Below, in pieces: positions 12,958 to 27,125 of a DNA stretch of 64,000 bases. A program made the translations under genes and the position numbers. This DNA is from Macrostomum lignano (Eukaryota): contig NIVC01001210.1 in the NCBI GenBank assembly GCA_002269645.1, forward strand, positions 271,261-335,260, written 5' to 3'. How positions within the stretch are numbered: the first letter of the stretch is position 1; the number at the start of each line of letters is the position of its first letter. The notes under the pieces were generated by a model. That model was given only the letters and a program-made list of their open reading frames with translations, searched no databases and was not told where the DNA came from.

Positions 12958-15440
12958 GAAAAGTAATTTCTAAAGCTTCATTTTTAGCTAATTGATTTTG
13001 CGCTTCAACAGTAATCAAGAATCGATGGCTGGAACAACCGGCAATTAAAAAGGACAATTTTCTGATGTCGAAAAATTACGACCCCTCTAGCATTATAAGA
13101 AAGTGTTTCAAGTATTGATACGCAAGCTCACGAATCGGCACGATAAAAAGGTACTTGTTTTCATGGTTTCTTTTCCATCTGCAAAGACTGCTTGATGGAT
13201 AACCCATAGGCCGTTAACTCATCTGCTTCGATAGCAGATGTCGTCTCAATAGCCAGATGAAAGTGTCCGCTTCATCAGAGACCTAATCGGCATGCCTTCT
13301 GATTCATGAAACCAGCTTTCAGTGAAAGCCTTAGCTGCTTCAGCTATCCAAAAGTTTTTATTCTATTCTATTCATTTCTTTGTGCCGTCACTTCCCTCCT
13401 TAAACTGTTCATTTCCGAGGTTTCACCGTTGTAGTGTCGTGTAGCAAAGCAATCCACGCAGTTTTATTGCATTGTAAGCCGTGCTGTAGGCCCTAATTGT
13501 TCGCATTTTCCTATCACGCTATCCCAACAACGGGTACACGCATGGCTCAGAAAAACGAGCCACTCGACAATCTGTTGCAAACGAAGCAAAGTATTAATTC
13601 CAATTTCTTCAATGTAGCAACTACACAGCGTAGACTCCGGATAGACTCGTAGAAACTCGCAGATTGTAGAAGTTCAGCTTGTATGCGAGTAAATAATGGT
13701 TAAGCAATGTAGGTATAAATTGACTATGGTCGAAAAGTAGAAGCCTAGCCCGAATATTTTGGGACCGTTTTGTCTTCAGATTAACATAAATACAAGTATT
13801 GACTCTCCATGACAGCTCCGCACTCTGATCAGGCAGATTTTCTAACTCTTCAAAAATAACACCGAGAACTTTCTAAGCTACTTGTAGTAGGGCATCCTGG
13901 TTTTAATGGGTAATAAAGCCATATGATCTTTGGTAATAACTATATTGGATTTCTGCAACTAATGATTTGTAAGTATGCATCTTCAGTATGGATATAGTTA
14001 AAATTACTGGATTTTTGCTTGCAGATATCAAATTAAAGCTAAGTTTACTAAAGACTACTGCATAAAAAGTATAGAAAAAATAAATTATAAAAGTAAAATT
14101 ACTTCTTAAAGCAAAAAACATGGAGCACAATAAACAACACTATTCTGATCTGGGTGTTTCAAAACACGATCACGTGACAATTGTACACGGGTGTGCGCAA
14201 TGCTCAACATCTTTGAATTTAGTATATTAGTTCGTCGAAGAAGGTAAGTTTTAAAAAAACGATTGGCTTTTTGCTAATAGAGTCGAAGCAGATATGTACT
14301 TTTTATGAAAAACGAATGGAAGCACCCGAACAAAGCGTAAAATAATAATCTGACTCGCTGAATCGACTATATCAGATGGTCGATCTTAACCTGCATTTTT
14401 CCAATGATTTTAACTAAAAAGTGGCGCTAGTTTTCAAGGCTGGGAGTGACGAGGATGCGCAGCCAAAGAACTGGTTGAATCCGGAATATCCGGAATAAAA
14501 GGATCTTTTTTTCTAGACTTTTACTGCATGAAAGAATCGATTTCACTGTCCACTTAACTTGGGAAAATTGTGCTGAAATGAGGAAGCACGCGGGTATTCA
14601 TGTCAGTCTGGGGCTGATGTTGGATTTATTACAAGGTTAAACATTAAACAGTTTCTTAATTTCAGTGGAATCTCCCTTACGTGTCTCCAGCCAAACGTGT
14701 ATTCAGCTCGAAAAAACGCACACTGGACCTCACCGGTAGCTATTCTATTTAAATTCTATTGCTTCATTTCGAAATTTGATACCGCACGAGCAGCAGAAGT
14801 GAAAATGTGGGGGCGGGATAGAATTTGTGTTCGAAAAGAAAGCTATTTTGGGTTCGTTTCGTCTGCTTTATATTGTCTCGCTCATGCTTCATGTAATGTT
14901 CACCATGACACGAATAACGTGTTACGAATAATTTTCTTGTCGAAAAGGGATGCACAAATTTATAACCATGTATCAATCGGTGAATCTGGGAAAACAGTTT
15001 CAAAAAACAGTTTCAGGTTAACCTCAGGTTATGACTCAAGTGCCGCCCTAAAGCTACATGTAAGGCTACCGGTAAATCTGGGATAAGTATGATGCCCACA
15101 GGGATTCTACCGGAACTGCAATTTGTGAGCCCAGACAAAGTAGGTAAAAAAGGAATCAATTGTTTGGAAGTCTTACTTAGAATAAAGTCTGCTGCATCAT
15201 ACGCTGGGGCCTTTTGTGCTATTCTTGGCGTGTTCCTTCCAGGCGGGCGTCCTGACAAAAAGCAAACTTCTACACGTGCTGCGGAGTGGATGGAGCTTCC
15301 CTGAAAAAAATCAGTTTTGTTATTTTTGTGCCGATGCATGTTATTCAGCTGCAGTTGGCAGACCAGATCAAGTACGAGTGTATGAAGTTTGTTGTAAAAA
15401 ACAGACTCTCAATAGATTTATAAACATTTTCCATTCAGTC

Positions 15441-16219
15441 TTCGTACTGAAGGCGGTTGCGTACTGAAGGCAGTGGCGTATTGAAGACAGTGGCTTTCTG
15501 AAGACAGTGGCTTACTGAAGACAGTGGCTTTCTGAAGACAGTGGCTTTCTGAAGACAGTGGCGTATTGAAGACAGCGGCTTTCTGAAGACAGTGGCGTAT
15601 TGAAGACAGTGGCTTTCTGAAGACAATGGCTTTCTGAAGACAGTGGCGTATTGAAGACAGTGGCGTATTGAAGACAGTGGCGTATTGAAGACAGTGGCGT
15701 ATTGAAGACAGTGGCGTATTGAAGACAGTGGCGTATTGAAGACAGTGGCGTATTGAAGACAGTGGCGTATTGAAGACAGTGGCGTATTGAAGACAGTGGC
15801 GTATTGAAGACAGTGGCGTATTGAAGACAGTGGCGTATTGAAGACAGTGGCGTATTGAAGACAGTGGCGTATTGAAGACAGTGGCGTATTGAAGACAGTG
15901 GCGTATTGAAGACAGTGGCGTATTGAAGACAGTGGCGTATTGAAGACAGTGGCGTATTGAAGACAGTGGCGTATTGAAGACAGTGGCGTATTGAAGACAG
16001 TGGCGTATTGAAGACAGTGGCTTTCTGAAGACAGTGGCGTATTGAAGACAGTGGCGTATTGAAGACAGTGGCTTTCTGAAGACAGTGGCTTTCTGAAGAC
16101 AGTGGCGTATTGAAGACAGTGGCGTATTGAAGACAGTGGCTTTCTGAAGACAGTGGCTTTCTGAAGACAGTTGCTTACTGAAGACAGTGGCTTTCTGAAG
16201 ACAGTGGCGTATTGAAGAG
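15441..16219. repeat. 17-bp satellite
   Basis: (gaagacagtggcgtatt)n with gctttct variants, about 45 copies. Confidence 0.99.
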
Positions 16220-19200
16220 GGTGACATACATCGAAATCGCAACTGTCTATCTGATAGGTGATGCTCCCATATTTTTGTGTCACACCAAATTATCAAGTAC
16301 GCGCCTGATGACTAACTAAGGACTATGGTAGATAGCTAGACAATCAGATTTTCACGATCTTCTATTCCAGCTGGCGTTGATGATGCGTAGCCACTGAATC
16401 CCTGTCTACATAGGATATCAGCAGGCTACGGGTCCCTGATGCAGGTGCTATGCATAGATTTTTGTCTGCCAGTCTCGGCATGAAATCAGATCTCTGGCCG
16501 TCTTCACGCTTCTGTGATTAGCACACTAGGTCGACTCGTCCTCCAGCTCTCTCACCCTCGTTCCCTCCGTGCCGCTGCAACTATGGAGCTCAAAATATCC
16601 TGATATTAACCATGCAAAGATCAATCAAAATGCTGGCATAGGCTAGTCAATGCAGGCCCAGTAAACAGCAACTTTTTTATCTTTTTCTGGATGTCGTAGC
16701 TTCATGCTTTGGCTTTGATTTGACCACAATGTGATCTAATTATTTCTTCAGGAGCTCAATCAAGGCCTCTTCTCTAGGATCTATAGGACGAAAACAGGCT
16801 GAGATCAAAGATACTCGTACCTTAGATAGCCGTATTGATACGAAATTTCGATTTCAAGATTCCTGATTCTATGCAGCTGATATATTTTAAAGCAAACTTT
16901 CCACGCATCGCATCCCGAAAATGCTCAAAAAAACGATTTTTTTCGTGGTTCTTAGGAAACAGCGAGCATTGTATCCCATGAGAATTTCGACATATCTTAT
17001 AGTGTAGAGGGTGCTTTCTAACGGATTGAAGCTGCATAAGTATTGAAATAATTTCAAAAGCGAACTCTGATACTTATGGTAGTGAAGCTCCTGTCAGGAA
17101 TTCGGGTCATTCATCACTTGCATGATATGAATAGGCTTGAGAAGGGTCGATCAGCTTTTGAGCTACTGTTATGATCTGATGGAATATGCATGCAATGCTA
17201 TCTTTATTCGAAGAACAGTAATTAAGGAGGGTTGCGTTGGAGGCATGCTTCGACCTAGGAAGCGTATGCATAAAAAGTTGCAGAATCACTGCTCAGTACT
17301 AATCTTGAAGCTATGAACTAATGTTGAGCCGAATCAAATTAGGGAGTCAAGCAATGGCCAATCCCAGTTCAGGTAGAATCTGGTGAGAGACGAATGGAGA
17401 GAAAGATTATTGGCTGAAAGCGAGAAAGGGAGCCGTCAGATGACAGGGAAGCCTCTGTGTGGCAGCGTCTGTGGAAAATAAAAACTCAATTCTGTGCTCA
17501 ACTGAGCCTTGGTTACATCCCACGCAAACAGGCTGGAACTTCCGTCCAGAGGCTATACTTTCGAATTCATTGTTTCCGTATTTCATCCAGTAAATTCGCT
17601 TGCTGCTTAAGGCTGCCCTGATGAACTGCCAAACTGGACAAACAGTCTGCGGCTTGCTGCTGCTGACGCTCTGCCTGCCGGTGACTCTGAGCGGAGGTAA
17701 GCATCTCCCGGACCTCTAGGCTGTAGCTGTATACTTGAGCGTGTACATAGTGACAGCAGCGCGAGCGTGCCAGCGTTGGGCAGTGGTGCAAGAGTGAACG
17801 AACGATGCCTGGGCGCTTAGACGGAGATGGCACAGGAGTCTCATCCGGAATGCTTCCGTTCTGTACTGTTGCTATTAATGATAACAGAAACTGTCACCAT
17901 CTCAGTATCAACCTTACTTTGTAAGTGCATATAAAAATTGTCACCAACTGTCAGTCATCGTTCGAGCGTAGGTATTTTTTTACACGAAATCTTGGAAAAT
18001 CTGCCAAGGTTAAGTTGCTAGCTCTGCTTAAGAATTACGTCATTCAGTGAAGTATAACGGCTTGGTCGATGGGTAAATGATGTTTTATGAAAGCACCGTC
18101 AGTACAAGCGTACAACTTTTTTAGCTTCAGCAATCCTCCCTCCCCAAAGTGACTGCTTTTTCGGGAGTGCCGATATGAGGCTTCGCAACTAACCATTGTT
18201 CCGTCTTCATCGTTCCGTTACTACGATGATTGACTGCCGTCGGCTTCAGAAGCAGATATTCTTGATTTTTTATATGTACATTTTGAATTTCTGTCCCAAA
18301 TCAACACCCACGCTATTCCCGCTTCCTGTTGCATTCCTAATAGTTTCAGATTTTTACCTGGGGAAAATTTCCCATTATAAGCGGGGCTTCTAGATAAATT
18401 TGACTTTTTATATGATGAAGGGCCATACTAATTGATGCTGGGTGACCAAAATAGTGAGACTCCTTATAACAAGCCAAATTAATTTAGAGAAGAGAACTCG
18501 AAAAATGTAATTGAATTCATCATTGAGCCTGCGTCATCGAATGACCTCAGTTGCTGTTCACCCGGGACACACCCTTCACAGGGAAGTATCATTATTCCCC
18601 GGTCACCATTAGAGAGATTAAAAGTTGGCTTGGCTTTGAAGTCCGGACAGACTCAGTGAAATAGAGCACGGATTACAGAGAGGAGCGGCAGGACATGCTC
18701 CCAATAACAGGGTACCCTTCCATGCATATTTTGCCTCTCTTGTCTCTGCATAAGTTAAGATGAAGGTAACGATGGCTGACTCTGATTTGAATAGCAAGAT
18801 GTCTTCTGACCTACCGGCATTTAATCAGAATATCTGATGAAGAAAGCAGATTATTTGAATTAATAAATTTCGTTCCAACTTGCAGAGTGTACGCTCGTAT
18901 CGTAGCATAGCGCTGATCCGAGCGGATCTTAGGATTAAAATGGCTGCAGATTGGGATCAATAAACCCGGGATTAACCCTCCCCCCCAAATTGAATTTTAT
19001 GCCCGAACTAAGGAGGAAAAACCGAATCTGATCCAGTCTGATGCGGAATCTGTCAGCTCAGTAATGAAAATAATATATAAATTAGCTCACAATCTTGCTT
19101 TCTCTGGCTGGGAAGACTTACAAAAACAAGTTTTTTTCAATACCCCGTCCGTGCACTGCCAGGTACATTAGACACCGGAGTTATCTTCAGAGACGAATTC

Positions 19201-19496
19201 TTCTCGTCTCTGAGTGCATGCAATCCAATGTGCGGAGTTGCACTAAACTCAGAGAGTCTACAATTAAACAAAAACTGATACATGGTTCGGGACTGTTGCC
19301 GGACATGTTACAACAAGTGCTCGAACGTGAAGATTTGAGGATGTGAAGTGGATCTATCAGATCTATCTGCACTAATAGTTTCCCAAAATTTTGAAACTCA
19401 CCTCTTTAGCCTTACAGCAATCCAACGTAGGTAGCCTGGCCGATGTTCTAACGTCGCTGGTGAAATGGGTACTTTTGTACAATACATCGATTTTTG

Positions 19497-19603
19497 CCCT
19501 TGGTGCTGGCGCCCCTTGGTGCTGGCGCCCATTGGCGCTGGCGCCCCTTGGTGCTGGCGCCCCTTGGTGCTGGCGCCCCTTGGTGCTGGCGCCCCTTGGT
19601 GCT
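19497..19603. repeat. 16-bp tandem repeat
   Basis: (ggcgccccttggtgct)n, about 6 copies. Confidence 0.9.
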
Positions 19604-20426
19604 CAGGGTTGGTTAATTTGTGAATTTTATCGGGTGATTTATTTGAAATTTTCAGAAGCTTTGGACCCAGAGGAGCCAGTAGACCGCATTGAACTCGAAG
19701 AGCCGTCATTAACCAATTATGACGCCCTTGATGCCGCCGCCAATGCTGGTGGTGATCGGGCAGGCGCGGCAGGACCTGTGACGCGGCTTCTGGAGGCGCT
19801 GCGAGCTGAACAAAACGTCGGGAGTTTCGAACGGCCAGCCAAGCGTTGCAGGATTAACGGAGCGGCCTGCATGCTGGGCTGATTTAACCAACGACAGATG
19901 ATCGGAAATCCAATCAGGGAGCCGAGTTTTTGCGTCGATATTCGTAGGATTGAAACCCACAAAATTATCATGCGCGACTCCTTTGGCTTGTTGTTTATCT
20001 TTTTGCTCCCGAAAAGTTAATACAATTCTATTCTCCATCTTCTCACGCCGGCGTTGCGTTGAGAACCGCTGCCGATATTGAATCGGTGCGAGAGAATGCT
20101 GTGGCAAAATAACTTACAGAGCACGTGCTTAGCGCGCATGCCATTTCGAGTCTTTTCCCGTATTTTCCAATCTCATGTTGTGGGCTATTCTGTACAGCAA
20201 TGTCACTAGGTACTTTTACTAAAGCTTTTGTCATGCTATGTGGAACAGTGGGTATGCAAAACGGAACGGCTCGAAAGAGTTTAACTCGAGAAAGCAAGTC
20301 AAAGACAAGTCGATTTTGTCATGCTATATGGAACGATGAACAAGAATAGAAGGAACGATTTGAGTTTTTCACAAAGACAACAACAAGATACTTTAATTTT
20401 TTTTCGGTTGATGGAGCTCAGCTATA

Positions 20427-20830
20427 ATGGCGCCGCTAATTTCTGTACGCCATCGTCAGCATATCGTCGCTGCCTTGCACCGTGGACTGTCGATGAAGGA
20501 TGTGTCAGTGTTGTTAGGTCTCGTGGCTCGTCGACACCCAATAAAGCGCACGAGGACAATCCAGACGGGTTCTGACATTACGGTTTGCACGTCAATTTCT
20601 TCGGAGTTCGGGTTGGTGAATTCTTTCATCCAGAGAGGTGACCAAATGGAGCAAAGGATTGCGGTGCAGCCTTCGGGAGCGGAGCGAAGCCCCCACATTT
20701 GAACCATTGACAAATTTTCAATGAAATTAAGACAGTTGTTAATACGAAATTCTTCTTTTTGGTGCGTATGTAAGAAGTACAAATATTAAAAGCTTGAAGG
20801 AGACTTTGAATTTCTATTGAAGAAGAATTT
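20427..20830 (+). pseudogene. Internally deleted, degenerate Tc1/IS630-like transposase remnant
   Basis: HTH-like start MAPLISVRHRQHIVAALHRGLSMKDVSVLLG. Near 20690-20750 the broken frames give SPH/LNH*QIFNEIKTVV, resembling SPxLNPIE. Confidence 0.5.
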
Positions 20831-21231
20831 GATATCGACATTCTTTTAATTTATTCGATCCAGCCCCTGCTGAAAATGTAGTTCCCCTGCCCCTCGGAAT
20901 TGCTAAAACACTGCCGACAAATCCTATAGCTCTCGTTTCGGTGAGTTGCTTGATTAGACCGCTTTGGAGCTCAGAAGTTAGAGAGCTTACCTGAGTCTAC
21001 AGGAGCAAAGGAAAAGTGGGCGATGAATGTGTTCCGGACGTGGAAGGAGAATTGTGTCCAAGTGCAAATGCAAGGTCATCCGTCAGGACTAATCCAGGCA
21101 TACATGTAAGTGAGCTAGTCGATTCTGAAGATTCCTGTGCATCTATAACTGAACATGGTGTGAAGTCTATCATCATTGATCGAGTAAAAATCGAAAATCG
21201 GTTTAAGTGAGTTCGAGAAACCTCTAATGCA

Positions 21232-23090
21232 CGTACGCTCGTATATAACAGTCTTTTGTTGCATTTTAAGCCCATTGGGCTTACATGCATTGAAGTTCAT
21301 CTAATATATGTTTGCCAAAGTAATTGCTTTTGTCTATCGTAGCAAGGCTGGCACAGCGGCATTTAATTTGATCCAACAAGCATCAATTTGGTTTTTTAGC
21401 GGCTCTATCCTTAGATTCTAATTTAGGCACGACTGTCACAAACAGTGAGGACGAAAGCATAACTTTATTTGCAACTGCCGCGGAGAAGGAAGATAGATCA
21501 GCCACCAAAATCGTGGACCTTTCTGACGAACGAACGTCAAACGAATGAACTGTCGAGACTTGTGATCGGCGTGGAGTTTTTACCGTGCAAAGATGCCTTT
21601 TTTGTTTTTTATATTCGAGCAAATTGCATTTTTGTGTCACCTGTTATTGGTACATTGAAATTTGCTTAAATAAGTTCCCTTTTGTCTACGGTTTTTGTCT
21701 ATGCAAGAATTTCCCGGCAGCAATGTAACGCTACGCGGCTTCAGCTTACGCAATTGCTGCCGAAAAAAATCGGTACATGTCATTATTGTACCCTTTTGAC
21801 TTCCCCTGTCTATGGCCCAGACATGTATAGTGCGGATGCTGAGTATGAAATGCGATTGTTGCCGGAATGCGCTTTGAAAGGGTTGTAGAGATAATCAATC
21901 GTCTATGGCAAATTTAGTTGCTCTCTAAATGAAAGGGTTGTAGAGATAATTAATCGTTTATGGCAAATTTAAAGGACAGTGAAGACAGCTAGCCTGGCTG
22001 CCATGAGTTAATTCTCAAGTTGATTTTGAGCTTGAATTAATTCTCCTATTCGGAGTGCAAATAGGAAAACTAGCTATGATTCGCTACGCAAACATTCCTG
22101 GCGGAGAAATATGTGGACTCTCCACGGACGAGTTGGCTTTTGTCACCCGAGAGTCGAGCACGCGCTACGTTCTGGAGATGGACAACCTGGATGCGTCGTC
22201 CAGTTCCAACGGGCTGCCTGAGCTAGGTAGCGAAGATCTGGAAATGTTGGACCGACTTGAGAGTGACTCAGTGCCGAAATCGACCGAGACGCAACGGAAG
22301 CTTCACGTGGCAAGGTTCCGACAGTTCCTCAACGAGAAGGGGCTCTGCCAGGAGTTTGAGCGTGTTCCGGATCGATTTTTGAACGATTATCTGAGGCTTT
22401 TCTGAGGTTTGTTCTTAAGAACTTTTTGTGACTATGAAACACTTTCGCCGTGTTGCTATTGTTGTTCCTTGTTTTGATAGCCAAATACATTCGTCTGAAA
22501 TCCGGCAACAATCGAAAAAAAGCCGACAAACAATTAAATTGTTACCGCAAGTATGAATGCCGGAAACCATAGACAAAAGGGAACAATATTATTTTTTACC
22601 GGCTATTGATCGAAATGTCACTTCACGATAATGACCTCTAATTAATGGCCAATAATTAACGAGTATGCCTGTTAGGGCCATAGACAATTCAATCAATTAA
22701 CGGTTCAATTGACGATTCCATGAACGGTTTTTGCTTTTCGTTTTAAGCAAATATAATTGCTGCCGGGAATTCTTGCATTGAACCATAGACAAAGGGAGTA
22801 ATACTTAATACAGATTGCGCTGTCCCAACCATAGACAAAAGGGAACGATACACATGTGGCCGGCTTTTTTTCGGCAACAATTGCACAGCTGTAACTCATG
22901 ATAGAGTTTCATAATGAACCAAATTAAATGCTGCTATACCAGCCTTGCCACGATATACAAAAGCTCATTACTTTGGCAAAAATAGCTCGTATATTGGATT
23001 AAATTCAATGCATACTTTAAATTTAATTCAAGGCATGCTTTCGATTAAATTCAATGCCCAAATGGACTGCAAAAAACTGTAATGTCTCAC
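21232..23090 (+). mobile_element. Fold-back element with long imperfect inverted repeats and a putative tyrosine-recombinase fragment
   Basis: 21284-21370 is the inverse of 22920-23012. Inner IR pairs: 21676-21725/22753-22797 and about 21750-21815/22828-22885. ttgtctatgg recurs on the left arm and ccatagacaa on the right arm. Confidence 0.75.
22178..22405 (+). pseudogene. Truncated N-terminal part of a Crypton/DUF3504-type tyrosine recombinase (tentative)
   Basis: SVPKSTETQRKLHVARFRQFLNEKGLCQEFERVPDRFLNDYLRLF* resembles the xNTxxxTxxxVxxFxxW...LxxxLxxF pattern that precedes DUF3504-type domains. Recognised by eye only. Confidence 0.5.
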
Positions 23091-24371
23091 ATAAACGGAT
23101 AAAGGAGTTCTGAAGGCTTGATTATTGGTTCCATATGGATTTCAATAAGGACAGAGAAAGACATTAGCATCGAACACATGCTGCTAAAAAGCCAGAGCTG
23201 TTCGAGAAGTGCTCAGCTGCTTGAGGATAAGGGAGGGTGCGGTTTCGTCTACCGGTCTCCAGTTAATGTGTGCTGCCTTTGTGTATTTGAAGAAGATAAT
23301 AACTTCATTGACATTAGCTGCCTATAATTATGTGGTTCTTTTGGGGTTCTCACTGAAAAACTACCAAGAATTAAGTAATTTAAAATGATTGCTTCGGCTT
23401 TCACAAAAAACGGTCATTACTTCGAATATGGAGATTAAAATTATTAGCCTCGAGGGCTGCGGTGTCATTAAATTTAATAGCTAGTCCGAAGATTTGGAAG
23501 AAAATATGGATAAAGCTGTGCCTTTATGAGACTGCGACTAGTCAGCCCATATTCCAAGCTCAGTCCGACCACAACTGAGGCTTCCCAAACAAAAAGGTCC
23601 GTGACTTTCCCTGAACAATTTACCAGACAAATTGTTATAAACCGCTACAGTTTTACACTCTCAAATCCAAGCATAATAAAACGTATAAAACGATTTGAAG
23701 AGTGCAATCCATCAGTTTTTTCTGTTCTCTAAGAGAGAAATCTAATAGCATTCGAATCGATACTGCATTTCTGAAGTAGTAAAACAATGTTTATCTTACA
23801 AAATCGACTCACTCGAAACAGAAAGCAGGCTTAAAAGGTTTGGATTGATGAAGCATTCGTGTCTATTAATAAAATAATGTACGCCTCATCAGCTTAACGA
23901 ATTCAAATACAATCGATTAAAATCTCAAAGCACTTTTCTCCCAAATGCAAAGTATATCCCCTAGTGAAGGATTTATTGAGAGCATGTCGGACCAGCATAT
24001 TGTATTCGCGGCAACATGAAATCAATGGCGAACAGCATTTGCGATATAACTGTATAAATACAGTCTAAAAGGATATTTTGGTTGAAAATAGCAGCAAAAC
24101 AGTATGGGATTTCAAGCAACAGTGAAGCAAAATACTACTAAGGAAAGATTTAGAGATAAAGTTTTTAAAAATTTAAAATTCAGAGCCTTGTCGAACGCGT
24201 CACACAAGCTTAGTTAATTAAAATTCTGTTTGATATCAATCAGAATTAACAATAGCTAATGCAATGAACCGGGTTGCAGCTTAGCGTCTGGGTAAATACA
24301 GTTTTTTTACGGGTCGGCACGAAGAATTGTTTTTAAAAATGAGATAAGACGCAAATTTAACTATATATAGG

Positions 24372-27125
24372 CTACTCCATCTCAGTCACCTGAATGATCT
24401 CCTCGTACTTCGGCGGCTCCTCGTCGGCAGCGAAGCCCGAGTTGGAGGCTCCCGCGGCCACCTCGTCGTAGCTAGGCGGCATGTCCGGCCTGCGGCGCGT
24501 CCTGTCCGAGAAAAGATCTGAGGGCAGTCGGCCGTCCGACACCGTCATGGCAGACGGCGCAGAGCGATGATGGCTCACGGCTCGGGAGCGAGACCTCGAA
24601 GACCATCTCTGGCGCAGACAGGTCGAAAGCGCTACGAAAGCCGTCGCAAAGACGAAGAGCCCGATGAGTACACGAACGATGAAAGACCAGTATTCACTCT
24701 GTCCGCTGGACCCACCTTCCGTGCAGTTTGCTTCATCGCTTGAGTCGCTGCAGTCTGTTTGACCGTCGCACACTTTGGCCGATAGGATGCACTCTCGGCC
24801 GTTTGAACAGCGCCACTCTGGAGTTGTGTTGAATTCGTTAAAACTTGTTTAGCTCGTACTGAATTACTTAATTTACCAATTCATGGCGAAATTTGGAAGC
24901 AAACTTTCATGACGCTGACTCCTTAGCGCGCACATGCACATGGATACGTGAGCAGGCGCACACTCACGCAATGTGTACAGCGGCTCTGACTTTCTAATCA
25001 TCAGACACTCTTTGTGCCTTGGGCGTTAGCCATCATGTGCGAGAATCGCAAAAATCTTTGTGCATTTTCGTGCGCGAGCCTCGCATTAATGTGACTGCAT
25101 CCGGAAACGAACCTGGGTACGTCGTTGGCGCGAGAGCCAGACGCATTGCCACTAGGCTACTTTAAACCCCTCTGTTCATTTCTCCCGATTGTCTTTCGAT
25201 TTCATATTTGCGAATACGAGCTAAAGATCTATGCCTTCTTATCGAAAGATTTTTATAAAACGTACCGCTACTTCCACACTGAAGAGTGCCGTTGACGCCA
25301 TTGGAACAGTCGCCGTCAGTCACACTTAGGTCATCCAAAAGCACCGTGTGAACTTTGTCCCATCGATTAGCTCTGACTACGAGGACCACGCTAGTAAATG
25401 AAGATATCGCTTCCGAGCTAACTGATCCACTCATCCGATTCCACTGATTGATAGGTCCAGTTGTGGTCAGCACCACCATCGAGTGTCCTGGATAGGTTCC
25501 GGATATTTGAACCTCCATTTGGAAGCTGAACCCGTTGGAGCCCACTCCGTAAAACCATAATTCGAAGCACCTTTGGCTGCTATACCCAAGACGGCGATTG
25601 GACAAAAAAACGGCATCCTCGCTTCCGGGACGCAATCGAAGCATCCGCTGAGGCAGACGCGGCACACCCCGATCCGGCACTGAGCTTGAAGTGTGGTCCA
25701 AGAACGAGCTGATTCCGAATTCACTGGCTACGCTAAAGTCGGTGACAACTGGCAAGTTAACCGTCTCCCAGCCGCAGGTTGACCACTCAAACGAGCAGAT
25801 GAACGGCATTCGGCTCTCATAAGCGGAATTACTGCACTCTGTGGGTTCAGCGCTCAAGTCGTCAAGCCAGTGCGCGCCCCCAGTTGATTTATTCCTGCCA
25901 TCATCTGACTGGATGATGTTTACATCGATCCAGCCGCCAGAGAATCCAGACTCAAGCTGCACTTCAGCCATGCTCCAAGTGGTCAGGCTCCAAAGAGCTG
26001 GCAGCCGCAGCAGTACTCGACCACCATTCGATTCGGTAAGCGTCAGGGCCTCGTTATCTGTAGTAAAGCCATTTGATATCCAGTAGAATCGGTAGCAGGT
26101 TGCAGATTCTGCTTCGGCTGCAGCTTTGAATCCAGACAATCTCAAAGGCGATCGCGTCCGTTGAGCGAACTCAACAGACTTTCGCTGCACTCTCAGACTG
26201 CAGTCGCGTAAGTCAAGCTTCTGGCTGAAGTGGTTCGAGTGGTCCACTTTGCAATCCACCCAGGCATCTTCTCTTTGAATGCTGTGTGCGCCGGTTCGAC
26301 CAAGAGCAAAATTTGTGCCGAAGTTGCCAGGTGAATAGCAGCGAGCGTATTCGTAACTTTCGTCGCTTGACATTCCGGCAAAGAAGTCGCTAGAATACGG
26401 CCGACTGCAGTCGTTAATGGAGTCGCAGCGCTTGCTGAAATTAAACCGCGTGCGATTTAAAGTGAGAGCTTTCAAAAATAATTTTACAGCACACAGTTAT
26501 TTTTTTAGTGATTTTGTTCTGCATGAACTCACCTCGAATTGATTTCGGATCCGTCCAGGCACCGATGTCTCCCGATAAGGCTAGAACTGTTTTGCCCCGG
26601 CTTCAAGTTTCTGGAGTCCTCGGTAGCAAACTCCGCTAGGAACAGAGTCACTCTTTCAAGCTTGGGCTGCAAAACTTCAACGTTGTGTACAGTTAAGAAA
26701 TATCTGTTGATCGTGTCTGAGATGCGAAGGCAGATAGGTCCGCTGTAAAGACTTTCAGGACGCAGAAAAACAAACGTATCGGAGTCGTCTCGCTGCCACA
26801 ATATAGAGCCGTTACCCGCGTAGTTAAGAAACGAGTCGTGCTCACTTTTAAATCCAAATAAAAAGTAAGTCTCATTAGCAGAATAGAATTCGAGCTGTTT
26901 GAACTCGATGCACAAGACGTCAGATTCGTTTCTAAACTCAATTTCGAACTCGTAGACGCAGTGCGATTGCACAGGTAATGAGTGGGGAAAGTTTTCACTG
27001 ACGAATATCCCGCTGCTTTTAGTGGTAGAACTTGCATCAATATTGAACACTTCTCTGCAGGCGAGGCAGCAACTCTGAAACAGCGTCAGCATCAATAGCT
27101 GATAAATCCTCAATTTAAAAATCAT
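24372..27125 (-). CDS. Receptor paralog A: SP-CUB-LDLa-MAM-like-MAM-LDLa-TM-PPxY x2 (735 aa)
   Basis: Exons 27125-26533, 26434-25266 and 24817-24372 (intron phases 2 and 1; 2208 nt; open frame). Motifs GIFVSENFPH, CSFEWSTCGW, DHT, LLDDLSV, CDGQTDCSDSSDEANC, TM, PPSY and PPKY. The start could lie further upstream in the same frame. Confidence 0.88.

Noticed and set aside
14697-15339. Overlapping 70-130 aa ORFs, possibly a transposase relic
   Set aside because: No catalytic motif or termini could be identified.
15418-16296. Long minus-strand ORFs (292 and 282 aa)
   Set aside because: They are translations of the 17-bp satellite.
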